Source: Verrucomicrobiota bacterium (lineage in GTDB: Bacteria > Verrucomicrobiota > Verrucomicrobiia > Limisphaerales > UBA8199). Taken from it: a stretch of DNA of 46,622 nt. Made by a program: the position numbers and the translations under genes. The DNA is taken from positions 1 to 46,622 of the forward strand of contig JBBQYD010000002.1 of assembly GCA_038209025.1 (NCBI GenBank), written 5' to 3'. Every line of letters begins with the position of its first letter. Within the stretch, counting starts at the first letter, position 1. Under the pieces are notes generated by a model. It did not search any database. It worked only from the letters and a program-made list of their open reading frames with translations, and was not told the DNA's origin. This document shows, piece by piece, positions 16,973 through 25,239 of the stretch.

Positions 16973-17576
16973 TGGCGCGGCGGGTCATGCGAGTTTGGAG
17001 CCGGTAATAATCGTAATGGCCGCCCACCCCGGCCCGGGCCACGGGGAACTCCCACTGGTAGTGCTCCAGCACCATCCGGACGAGCCGGTTGTTTTGATTG
17101 TTGGTCAGGGGTTGGCCGTGGAAGTCCTCCGCGCGAAAAACAATGGTGTTGGTCAGATAAAACGCCACGCCCCGGATGGTGGCGCTATCGCTGGCTTTAC
17201 GCTCCAACTGCCGGGTGAGAGGATTCACGTAATACCGAACAAACAGGTTGGTGCTGGCGGAAGGGTAGATTTGTATGGCGTTGCCTTGCTGCGGCTGGCC
17301 GTTAACCACATTGGTGAAGGTGACGGCGTTGCCGTTGCCGACCTGGAGCATTTTGGCCTCGCGGATGTCGTCGCGAATGCTGTTCAGCGCAGTGCGTCCG
17401 CTGGCGCTGGCGCTGAGTTTGGTGGCGTTTACGTTGAACATCTTTAACCCGACAACGTGCGCATAAACGGTGCCCAGGATCACCAGCGAGAAAAGCGCGC
17501 CGGCCACCAGGACTTCTGTCAGTGTATAAGCGGCGGCCACGCGGGGCGGCCACGCAAGGTGAAGTTTTGTTTTCAT
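16965..17576 (-). CDS. Minor pseudopilin (prepilin-type N-terminal methylation motif; GspJ/PilW-like size)
   Basis: AAAYTLTEVLVAGALFSLVILGTV is a class III signal-like motif with the conserved Glu. It overlaps the upstream gene by 4 nt (17573-17576). Confidence 0.75.
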   Translation of the reverse strand: MKTKLHLAWPPRVAAAYTLTEVLVAGALFSLVILGTVYAHVVGLKMFNVNATKLSASASGRTALNSIRDDIREAKMLQVGNGNAVTFTNVVNGQPQQGNAIQIYPSASTNLFVRYYVNPLTRQLERKASDSATIRGVAFYLTNTIVFRAEDFHGQPLTNNQNNRLVRMVLEHYQWEFPVARAGVGGHYDYYRLQTRMTRRAIE

Positions 17577-18031
17577 TGGTCGGCGGCTCTCAAGGTGACA
17601 ACGCTGTTGGTGAACGGGCCTTTAAGGATGCCCTTTCGCCAGGGTATGGACCAAACGACAGTCGAGCGGAGTTCGCGCAGCGGCGGGGCGAGCGAAACGT
17701 TGACGACCGACACCTGGCACGTGGCATAGCGCGGCGTGCCCGCCACCGGCAAGTCGAGGGGTTCCGCATAGGTGAAGTTCGTGACGCCCAGTTCATCCAC
17801 CGCCGGCCACGCCAGCGGGTCCCACTTGGCGGCCCGCGCCTGCTCCACTCCCTGGATGGCCAGCGATTGCGCCGCCAGGGAATAGGAACTCCACTCCGCG
17901 CGATCCGTGGTCAGCACATAGCCCGTGAGAATCCCCGCAAAGCCAATCGTGCTGAGGCACACGCCGACGCACACTTCCGCGAGGGTAAAACCTCCGGCAG
18001 ACTCATGACCGCTGCGATGGTTGCTAAACAT
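17573..18031 (-). CDS. Minor pseudopilin (prepilin-type N-terminal methylation motif; GspI/GspH-like size)
   Basis: SAGGFTLAEVCVGVCLSTIGFAGIL carries the G-FTLxE motif. It is the first gene of the minus-strand pseudopilin operon. Confidence 0.75.
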   Translation of the reverse strand: MFSNHRSGHESAGGFTLAEVCVGVCLSTIGFAGILTGYVLTTDRAEWSSYSLAAQSLAIQGVEQARAAKWDPLAWPAVDELGVTNFTYAEPLDLPVAGTPRYATCQVSVVNVSLAPPLRELRSTVVWSIPWRKGILKGPFTNSVVTLRAADQ

Positions 18032-18472
18032 ACTGCATTCGTTGCGTAAGCATTTCGAATGCCGACCCGTAAACGGCGTGTCTCGGACCTATCTCCGCAT
18101 GACACAGGAGAGGAACTGGGCATCACCAAAGAACGCACATGAATACCGGCTGGATACTGAAAGACAGGTTTACGGATGGGTTTCCAGGCGGTTGCCAATT
18201 GCGTTTGCAAGATATTGCGGCACAATTGCTTATATTGGAATGCGGGTGCTTGCCGCAATTTCGCTGAGCGCGCCCCGTGGTTTGTCCCGCCGGCGGTTGG
18301 GCAGTTCCGAATTTGGGCAGTGTCCTGTTTTCAGTGTCTTGCGACGAGCCAGACCCGGCCGGCACGCAAGACGCCCGTCGGCCGGCCCGGGCGGGCGGTC
18401 CGCACCCATGAGAGCTGCTGGATTAGTCTTGATTTTAGGGGAGCCTGCGGGAGAATCCCACCACTTCCCAGA

Positions 18473-20443
18473 ATGAAGGCTAGACCTATGAAAATGACCC
18501 TTCCCATCGTTGTTCTCACCGTTGCGATCCCCCTGCTGACGCATGCTTCATTCCGGCCCACGGACTGGCGAGAAGACGTGAACACATCGGCGGCGGTGTT
18601 TCGTGCGTCGGTGCTGCGGGTGGAGTGCCAAGGCGGCGTTGCGCCAGGGGAGTCGTGCCGTACCGAGGTCACGCTCGGGGTGGAAGAAGTTTTCAAGGGC
18701 AGGCTGCCATCGTGCCTGAAGGTGGTTCAAAGCGGGGGGGAGTGCGACGGGCGCGGCTTCCGGGACAGTTTGTTTGTCGATTTCAAGCCGGGCGAAAGCC
18801 GGTTGCTGTTGGTTTTCCGCCGGGCTGATCGCAGTTTGGGAATCTGGCGGGGGCTGGCGGGGGCCGTGCGCTTGAGCGCTCCGCTGAAAACCGCCGCTGA
18901 AGGAGGAGCCGGCACGTTTGGGGATGCGTTCATAGCCCAAATCCGAACTCTGGCCAACGGAAGCACTTTGGCGGGCGGTGACCTGCGTGACCAGGCTGCT
19001 GATCCGGCAGCGAGTGTGGAATTTTATCCGCCCGCGGCACCGCACAAGAGCGGCGCGCAGTCCACCACCACGAACCTGATGACCGGCAACGATGGGATTG
19101 CCGCCCGTTTCCTGCAACCCGATCGAGGCGAAGGTATTCCCTACTGGGTGGATGCGGATTATCTGCCGACGGGGATGACTCAGGCGCAGGCGTTGGGAGC
19201 GGTCAAGGACGCGGTCAATGCCTGGGCCCTGGTTGCCAGCGTGCGGTTCGACTTCGCTGGCGTAAGGAGTTTCGGGATGGCGGTGGGCACCGTGCCGAAT
19301 GACCGGGGCGAATTGCTCATCCAACTCCATGATCACTACAACAGCATCATCGGGGGCGGGGGCGACGCCCTGGGGGTGGGCGGTCATTCATGGACGACGG
19401 GCACCACACCCTCGGGTTGGACGACCGGCGGCGCGGTGGCCGGCAATGATTTTCACCAGGTCCTGGGGGGTTCGGTCGTGTTGAAGCACACCGATCCATT
19501 CATGCAGAACCTGACGAACTTCTCGGAGGTGTTATGCCATGAAATCGGGCATGCCATTGGGCTTGGGCATGCCAGCGCGAACCCCAATGAACCGAACCCG
19601 CTGCTCTCCCAAGCCATCATGTATTACCTGGTGCATGGAAACGGACGCGGGGCGACACCCGCTGCCTGGGACATGAATGTGGCGCGGCAGGCGCATCCAG
19701 TTCCCAATACCCCGCCTTACTGTTATCCGCGGATGCTGGACGCCATCCACAGTCCGGTGCCGCTCGCGGACCCGCGGGTGAACCGCGTCGAGGTGCCCGG
19801 TTTCGATTTGCAGGATGCGAGCCTGACCTTTGCCATGGCCGACGGCTCGGCCATCAACGGAGCCTTCAGCACGCCGGCCGAGGGCGCGGTGCAATATACA
19901 CCCTTCGCCTGGTACGGGAGCGATTCCGAGCGGTTGGATCCCACTGGAAACGCTTTCTGGGACAGGGTTTTCGTCCGCTGGTCAGACGGCGTGAACGCCT
20001 CGCCTTATGCCGTCGTCAAGGTGGTTTCACTGCTATCTGACTTCTACGGGGAAGGCATTCCGGACAGTTGGCGGCAGGCGTGGTTCGGCAGCGCGAGCCC
20101 TTCGGCGGGACCCAACCGCCGTGCGACCAATGACTTTGACGGGGATGGATTCAGCAATTCAACCGAATGGCGCCTGGGCTCCAATCCGGCCGATAAAGCG
20201 TCCAATTTGCGCCTGTCCCCTCCTTGGGGGAGCCGGGTCACCTGGCGTGCCAAAGGCCATGAACTCTACCAGCTTTACAGTTCCACGAATCTGATTGCCT
20301 GGACACGGGCGGGGAACCCGGTCCTGCCCACGAACGACGTTCCGGGCACGAACGTGCTGAACCTGAGCAACTCCACCGGGACGATTTCGGGGCTCAGCCT
20401 GGATAAACCCGGCCAGTTCTTCCGCCTGCGTAAGGTTCCGTAA
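18473..20443 (+). CDS. Secreted zinc metalloprotease, metzincin/matrixin-like, with a C-terminal thrombospondin-type-3-like Ca-binding repeat and beta-rich tail
   Basis: ATG at 18473 gives MKARPMKMTLPIVVLTVAIPLLTHA (signal peptide). The listed start at 18176 adds 99 aa of low-complexity sequence. Zinc motif VLCHEIGHAIGLGH (HExxHxxGxxH) with a downstream Met-turn candidate AIMYY. TNDFDGDGFSNSTEWRLGSNPAD. Confidence 0.8.
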   Translation: MKARPMKMTLPIVVLTVAIPLLTHASFRPTDWREDVNTSAAVFRASVLRVECQGGVAPGESCRTEVTLGVEEVFKGRLPSCLKVVQSGGECDGRGFRDSLFVDFKPGESRLLLVFRRADRSLGIWRGLAGAVRLSAPLKTAAEGGAGTFGDAFIAQIRTLANGSTLAGGDLRDQAADPAASVEFYPPAAPHKSGAQSTTTNLMTGNDGIAARFLQPDRGEGIPYWVDADYLPTGMTQAQALGAVKDAVNAWALVASVRFDFAGVRSFGMAVGTVPNDRGELLIQLHDHYNSIIGGGGDALGVGGHSWTTGTTPSGWTTGGAVAGNDFHQVLGGSVVLKHTDPFMQNLTNFSEVLCHEIGHAIGLGHASANPNEPNPLLSQAIMYYLVHGNGRGATPAAWDMNVARQAHPVPNTPPYCYPRMLDAIHSPVPLADPRVNRVEVPGFDLQDASLTFAMADGSAINGAFSTPAEGAVQYTPFAWYGSDSERLDPTGNAFWDRVFVRWSDGVNASPYAVVKVVSLLSDFYGEGIPDSWRQAWFGSASPSAGPNRRATNDFDGDGFSNSTEWRLGSNPADKASNLRLSPPWGSRVTWRAKGHELYQLYSSTNLIAWTRAGNPVLPTNDVPGTNVLNLSNSTGTISGLSLDKPGQFFRLRKVP

Positions 20444-20476
20444 GCCAGCGCGACCTCCCCGGAGTCGCTCGGGACA

Positions 20477-20519
20477 GGGCAGGCCTCCGGCGGTGCCCCG
20501 CGCTTTTTCTTTGGTTTTT
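20477..20519 (+). terminator. Possible intrinsic terminator after the metalloprotease gene
   Basis: Imperfect GC hairpin GGGCAGGCCTCCGGCGGTGCCC (20477-20499) followed by the T-rich run CGCTTTTTCTTTGGTTTTT. The stem has an internal mismatch, so this is tentative. Confidence 0.35.
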
Positions 20520-20544
20520 GCGCGCGCCGCCGCCATCCTTGGGC

Positions 20545-21903
20545 ATGCTCAATTACATCTGGCTGGGGCTGATTTTGGCCGCCGTGTTGATTGCTGGCGC
20601 TCAGGGCACGATGAAGGAGGTCGCCGATCGCACGTTTGAGATGGCGGACGTCGCCGTGCTGAAAACGGCCTTGCCGCTGGTGGGAATCATGGCGCTTTGG
20701 CTGGGGGTGATGCGGGTGGCTGAACGTGCCGGGTTGGTGGCGTTGCTCGCGCGGGGCTTGCGGCCGATCATGCGGTGGCTCTTTCCTGAGGTGCCGGCGC
20801 AGCATCCGGCCATGGGCTCCATGCTGATGAACATGGCGGCCAACATGCTGGGGCTCGGCAATGCGGCCACACCGCTGGGCCTGCGCGCCATGAAGGATCT
20901 GGAAACTCTCAACCCACGCCCGGGCACGGCCACGAATGCCATGTGTACCTTCCTGGCGATCAACACCAGTTCGATCCAACTCATCCCGGTGACCGCGATT
21001 GGCATTCTCGCGGTCAATAAGTCCACGAACCCGACTGCGATTGTGGGCACCACCATTATGGCCACCACCATCGCGGCCACCTCCGCCGTATTGATGGCCA
21101 AATTGATGTCCCGCCTGCCCATGTTCCGGTTGGCGCCCGCGACCATTACCCCGTCCGGAGATGAAGCCGCCGCCGTGAGCGCCGCCGGCCCGGCTCCGGC
21201 CAGCCAAACCGTGCCGCTGAAGGAGTCAGCCACCTTGCAGCCCCTGCAATGGTGGGGGCGGATAATCCTGGCGGCTTTCGGAATATTCTTTGTGGGGATC
21301 TTTTTGCGGCTGGCGTTTCCTGCCACGATGGGGTTGCCGGTGCCGCCCGAACAGGCCCTTCAAAGCGCCTTTGTCCGCATCGTGGACTCCATCTCCAAAC
21401 TCTCCATCCCGCTAATTCTTTCACTTTTCCCGCTTTATGCGGCGTTGCGGCGGGTGAAGGTATATGAGGAATTTGTGGACGGCGCGAAGGAAGGATTTGA
21501 TGTGGCCATCCGGATTATTCCTTATCTGGTGGCGATCCTGGTGGCGATCGGCATGTTCCGTGCCGCTGGAGGGATCGATCTGCTGAATCGGTGGCTGGCG
21601 CCTGCCATGCTGGCGGTGGGTTTCCCACCCGACCTGCTGCCACTGGTGCTGATGCGTCCCCTGAGCGGCAGCGGCACCCTGGGAGTGTTCCGGGAGTTAA
21701 TCAATAATCTGGGGCCGGACACCCTGGTGGTCCGCACCGCGGGAACCATCTTTGGCAGCACCGAAACGACCTTCTATGTGCTCGCGGTTTACTTTGGGTC
21801 CGTGGGCATCCACCGCACCCGCTACGCGGTGATTGCCGGGTTGACCGCCGATTTTGTGGGCGTGGTGGCCTCGGTGATCATTTGCCGGCTGGTGTTCGGT
21901 TAA
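20545..21903 (+). CDS. Fused SpmA/SpmB-like nucleoside-recognition-domain membrane protein
   Basis: [18 protein letters not shown].. with [20 protein letters not shown] and [11 protein letters not shown] (SpmA-type). The second half has [16 protein letters not shown] and [19 protein letters not shown] (SpmB-type). ATG at 20545. Confidence 0.8.
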   Translation: MLNYIWLGLILAAVLIAGAQGTMKEVADRTFEMADVAVLKTALPLVGIMALWLGVMRVAERAGLVALLARGLRPIMRWLFPEVPAQHPAMGSMLMNMAANMLGLGNAATPLGLRAMKDLETLNPRPGTATNAMCTFLAINTSSIQLIPVTAIGILAVNKSTNPTAIVGTTIMATTIAATSAVLMAKLMSRLPMFRLAPATITPSGDEAAAVSAAGPAPASQTVPLKESATLQPLQWWGRIILAAFGIFFVGIFLRLAFPATMGLPVPPEQALQSAFVRIVDSISKLSIPLILSLFPLYAALRRVKVYEEFVDGAKEGFDVAIRIIPYLVAILVAIGMFRAAGGIDLLNRWLAPAMLAVGFPPDLLPLVLMRPLSGSGTLGVFRELINNLGPDTLVVRTAGTIFGSTETTFYVLAVYFGSVGIHRTRYAVIAGLTADFVGVVASVIICRLVFG

Positions 21904-22844
21904 TGCGCCGTGATTTCCTGCGGGCCCTTGCCGCCATTGACCAGGAAAAGGACCGCCATGCGAACCGCCAGTCCGTTGGTCACCTGTTGCAGCACCAGCG
22001 AGCGCTCCGAGTCGGCGATCGCACTGTCGATTTCCACCCCCCGGTTGATCGGGCCTGGATGCATGATGAGGGCATCCGGTTTGGTGCGGGCCAGACGGGC
22101 TTTGTTGAGGCCAAAGAGACTGGTGTATTCGCTGAGGCCGGGGAACATGGTCTTGCGCTGGCGCTCGTGCTGAATTCGCAGCAGGTTGATGATGTCCGCA
22201 TCGCGAATGGCTTCCTCCACGTCATGGGTGACGCGGCAGCCCATGTTTTCGAATACGCGCGGCACCAGGGTGGAGGGCCCGCAGAGGGTCACGTGCGCGC
22301 CCAGTTTGGTGAGCGCCCAGATATCCGAGCGGGCTACGCGGCTGTAAAGGATATCGCCAAGAATCGTGACTTTCAGGCCCGCAATCCGGCCTTTTCGTTC
22401 ACGAATGGTGAAGGCGTCCAGCAAGGCCTGGGTGGGGTGCTCATGCGCGCCATCCCCGGCGTTGATCACGCTCGCGTTGATCACGCGCGACAGGAAGTGC
22501 GCCGCGCCCGAGGCGCTGTGGCGGATGACAATAAAATCAATGTTGAGGGCCTCCAGATTGCGCGCGGTGTCCTTGAGCGTCTCGCCCTTCTTCAAGGAGG
22601 ATGCTTCGGCGGTAAAATTAATGATATCCGCCGAGAGCCGCTGCTCTGAAAGCTCGAAACTGGTGCGGGTGCGGGTGGACGGCTCGACGAACAGGTTCAC
22701 CACCGTCTTGCCGCGCAACGCGGGCACTTTTTTGATCGCCCGCTCGCCGACCGCCTTGAACGCTTTGGCGGTATCCAGCACGGTGATGATTTCCTCGGCC
22801 GACAGCGACTCGATATCCAGCAGGTGTTTGCGATTCCAGGTCAT
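21900..22844 (-). CDS. pyrB: Aspartate carbamoyltransferase catalytic subunit
   Basis: [26 protein letters not shown] (STRTR carbamoyl-phosphate site), HPTQALLD, and [13 protein letters not shown]. Length 314 aa. Its stop overlaps the convergent upstream gene's stop by 4 nt. Confidence 0.95.
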   Translation of the reverse strand: MTWNRKHLLDIESLSAEEIITVLDTAKAFKAVGERAIKKVPALRGKTVVNLFVEPSTRTRTSFELSEQRLSADIINFTAEASSLKKGETLKDTARNLEALNIDFIVIRHSASGAAHFLSRVINASVINAGDGAHEHPTQALLDAFTIRERKGRIAGLKVTILGDILYSRVARSDIWALTKLGAHVTLCGPSTLVPRVFENMGCRVTHDVEEAIRDADIINLLRIQHERQRKTMFPGLSEYTSLFGLNKARLARTKPDALIMHPGPINRGVEIDSAIADSERSLVLQQVTNGLAVRMAVLFLVNGGKGPQEITAH

Positions 22845-22968
22845 AGGGCACGAACGGTTGGGGGGTTGATCGTCTTGAAATCAAACTGGGGGGCAGGGCG
22901 GTGCCTGAGCCGGCGGCAAACCGGCACGCACGGCCAGCGGGAGCGGTGGGGTTGGCGGTCGCGGGAAT

Positions 22969-23532
22969 TCATGCCTGATGTTTTACCAGGATCACCTCGT
23001 CCTGACCGCCGCCTTCAGTGAGCAGCACCCGCACTTCCTCGTTGCGAGCGGTGGGCACGTTCTTTCCGACAAAATCCGCTTTGAGCGGCAGTTCCCGATG
23101 GCCGCGGTCCACCAGCACCGCAAGTTGCACCCGCTGCGGACGTCCAAAATCGTTTAGCGCATCCAGGGCCGCGCGGATGGTGCGGCCGCTGAACAACACA
23201 TCATCCACCAGCACCACGGTTTTGCCGGTGACATCGAATGGCATTTCAGTGGGATGCACAGCCGGAGCCGCGCGCCCATCCAGATCATCCCGGTGCATGC
23301 TGACATCGAGCGCGCCCACCAGGACCTGGTGCCCCCAAATGCCGCTTAGCAGCGCGCCAAACCGGTGGGCCAGCGGCAGGCCGCCCCGCTGGATGCCAAC
23401 CAGCACGACGTCATTGCCGTTCTCATGGCGCTCGGCGATTTCATGCGCGACCCGGGTCAGCGCGCGCTGCAGAGCTGAAGAGTTGAGAATGATGATGGAT
23501 TCAGGCATGCGGAGGGTCCTTTCTAAAAGCAA
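22969..23532 (-). CDS. pyrR: Bifunctional pyrimidine operon regulator / uracil phosphoribosyltransferase PyrR
   Basis: LTRVAHEIAERHENGNDVVLVGIQRGGLPLA and VVLVDDVLFSGRTIRAALDAL (PRPP-binding loop). About 180 aa and directly upstream of pyrB. The start could be the internal ATG at 23508 (MPESIIILN). Confidence 0.9.
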   Translation of the reverse strand: MLLERTLRMPESIIILNSSALQRALTRVAHEIAERHENGNDVVLVGIQRGGLPLAHRFGALLSGIWGHQVLVGALDVSMHRDDLDGRAAPAVHPTEMPFDVTGKTVVLVDDVLFSGRTIRAALDALNDFGRPQRVQLAVLVDRGHRELPLKADFVGKNVPTARNEEVRVLLTEGGGQDEVILVKHQA

Positions 23533-23681
23533 ACGGGCGGATCGTGGGCCAGCGATTTAGAGGGAGGCCACCAGGACGACGGGTGGCCAGCCAGGGTGGA
23601 CTGGCCAGGGGAACGAAAGGGGGGAAAGCGAACGGGATGGAAAGAAACCGGGCGAACCTTTGTTTGTCATCTCGCATGTAT

Positions 23682-23714
23682 TCCTTTGCAGCCTCGCAGG
23701 GCTGCCTTAAAGGA
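23682..23714 (-). promoter_or_regulatory. Candidate PyrR-binding RNA hairpin in the pyrR-pyrB leader
   Basis: The minus-strand RNA reads UCCUUUAAGGCAGCCCUGCGAGGCUGCAAAGGA. The outer stem is CCUUU/AAAGG, the inner stem GCAGCC/GGCUGC, and the loop is purine-rich. This closely resembles the Bacillus-type PyrR binding loop as I remember it (UCCUUUAA..CAGUCCAGAGAGGCUG..AAGGA), with 3 substitutions in the UCCAGAGAGG core. It lies 150-175 nt upstream of the pyrR start. Confidence 0.5.
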
Positions 23715-23727
23715 GGCGAGCGATGCA

Positions 23728-23949
23728 CTAACGCATCGCCGCCTGTTGGCGGCTTTTCCGCCATTTCGAACGATGTTTAATAATCCAATCGGTCAGCGCC
23801 CTCTCAAACCCGATATCACAGCCGGCTTTTTCAGACTCGATCCACTTGTGCCTCAGAATTTCCTCACGTTCCGCCTGGAATTCCCGGTAGAGGGAGGAAT
23901 TCCTCAACAGCTCATTGGATGAGAGCTGCTCTTTAGTTTGATCAGACAT
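23728..23949 (-). CDS. Small hypothetical protein (73 aa) with an HKWIESEKAGCDIGFERAL motif, lower GC than its surroundings
   Basis: ATG at 23949, TAG at 23728-23730. The ORF is clean and non-repetitive, with a charged helical composition. I could not assign a family from memory. Confidence 0.5.
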   Translation of the reverse strand: MSDQTKEQLSSNELLRNSSLYREFQAEREEILRHKWIESEKAGCDIGFERALTDWIIKHRSKWRKSRQQAAMR

Positions 23950-24025
23950 ACTTGCAACACATTTCGGTCTTGTGCTCTAACTTAATTTATTTTTCGCTCA
24001 AGGCAAACCGATTCGCCAAGAGGCG

Positions 24026-24049
24026 GCCTCAGGCGCGTGCGCCTGAGGC
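24026..24049 (-). terminator. GC-rich perfect palindrome downstream of apbC (possible terminator without a U-tract)
   Basis: GCCTCAGGCGC-GT-GCGCCTGAGGC forms 10-11 bp arms. It sits about 60 nt after the apbC stop (24107) in an AT-richer spacer. There is no clear U-run on the minus strand. Confidence 0.35.
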
Positions 24050-24106
24050 AAGGAACACTATAGGAAAAGAGCTAAAACGCCAACAAAAACTTTCCTTGAC
24101 ACCCAG

Positions 24107-25213
24107 CTATTTCAAGAGCTCGGCAAGGGTTTGAGCAATCTGCATAAATGATTTTCCAGCAGGAAGTTCCGCGCCGGATACCACCACAGGCACGCCTTTG
24201 TCACCCCCCTCCCGAATTTCGGTAAAGATCGGAATTTCCCCCAAAAGCGGCACCTTCTGACGCTCGGCTTCCTGCCGTCCTCCGCCATGGCCAAAGATTT
24301 CGATACGATCCCCGGTGGGAGTCGTGAAAAAGCTCATATTCTCCACCAGGCCCAGGATCGGGACGTTCACCTTTTGGAACATACCAATGCCCTTCCGGAC
24401 CACCCCCAGGGCGGCCTCCTGCGGGGTGGTTACGATGACCCCGCCGTCCAGCGGCACGGTCTGGCAAAGTGTGAGTTGGGCATCCCCCGTGCCGGGTGGC
24501 AAATCCACCAATAAATAATCCAGTTCACCCCACTCGACCGCAGTGATGAATTGTTGAATGGTCTTGACGATCATGGGACCGCGCCAGATGACCGGCTGAT
24601 CGCCCTCAATCAGGAACCCTATGCTCATGAGTTTGACCCCAAACTTCATCGGCGGCACCATTTTCTCGCCCTGCTCACTCATGGTCGGTTTCTCGTGCGT
24701 GCCCATCATGAGGGGAATAGAGGGGCCGTAAATATCGCAATCCAACAGCCCGACTTTGGCGCCGAGGCGGCTCAAGGCGCAGGCCAGGTTGACGCTTACG
24801 GTGGATTTGCCGACGCCCCCTTTGCCGCTGGCCACCGCCACGACTCGCCGGATGCCAGGCACGCGGTTCTGGCCCGACCAGGGGTTCTGGCCTGCGGCAC
24901 CAGGTTGTCCGGCGGCAGTCTGCTGAAGTTCCACCCGGACCGATTGCACTCCCGGCAGTTCCCTCAGCACGGCTTCGGCCTCGGTTTTGATCTTCTGTGC
25001 CACCTCGGCGTTGCCGGAGTTCAGAAAGATTCCCACGCTCACGGCGCCACCCTGCACGAGCACGGATTTGACCAGGCCGAAAGAGGCGATATCCCGGTTA
25101 TATCCAGGGTACTTTACGGCCTTTAACGCGGCTCTTACTGCATCTTCTGTAATCATGTCCTGGTTTATAATCGGGGCTGCAACCGGAGTGTCAACTCTCG
25201 AAGACGGGAACAC
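24107..25213 (-). CDS. apbC: Fe-S cluster carrier ATPase, Mrp/ApbC/NBP35 family, with an N-terminal DUF59/MIP18 domain
   Basis: N-terminal VRAALKAVKYPGYNRDIASFGLV (DUF59). Deviant Walker A VAVASGKGGVGKSTVSVNLA. DLPPGTGD. Conserved PIxGxVENMS motif (VPILGLVENMSFF). Confidence 0.9.
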   Translation of the reverse strand: MFPSSRVDTPVAAPIINQDMITEDAVRAALKAVKYPGYNRDIASFGLVKSVLVQGGAVSVGIFLNSGNAEVAQKIKTEAEAVLRELPGVQSVRVELQQTAAGQPGAAGQNPWSGQNRVPGIRRVVAVASGKGGVGKSTVSVNLACALSRLGAKVGLLDCDIYGPSIPLMMGTHEKPTMSEQGEKMVPPMKFGVKLMSIGFLIEGDQPVIWRGPMIVKTIQQFITAVEWGELDYLLVDLPPGTGDAQLTLCQTVPLDGGVIVTTPQEAALGVVRKGIGMFQKVNVPILGLVENMSFFTTPTGDRIEIFGHGGGRQEAERQKVPLLGEIPIFTEIREGGDKGVPVVVSGAELPAGKSFMQIAQTLAELLK

Positions 25214-25239
25214 CCGGCGGAAAAAGGCCGGAATTCAGG

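Noticed and set aside
20275-21207. 310-aa and 241-aa minus-strand ORFs opposite the SpmA/SpmB-like gene
   Set aside because: They are Gly/Arg/His-rich antisense translations. The plus-strand product has coherent TM helices and SpmA/SpmB motifs.
22845-22968. Possible second PyrR attenuator between pyrR and pyrB
   Set aside because: The minus-strand RNA has GC hairpins (GCCGG-UUUGCCG-CCGGC) but nothing resembling the UCCAGAGAGG-type binding loop.
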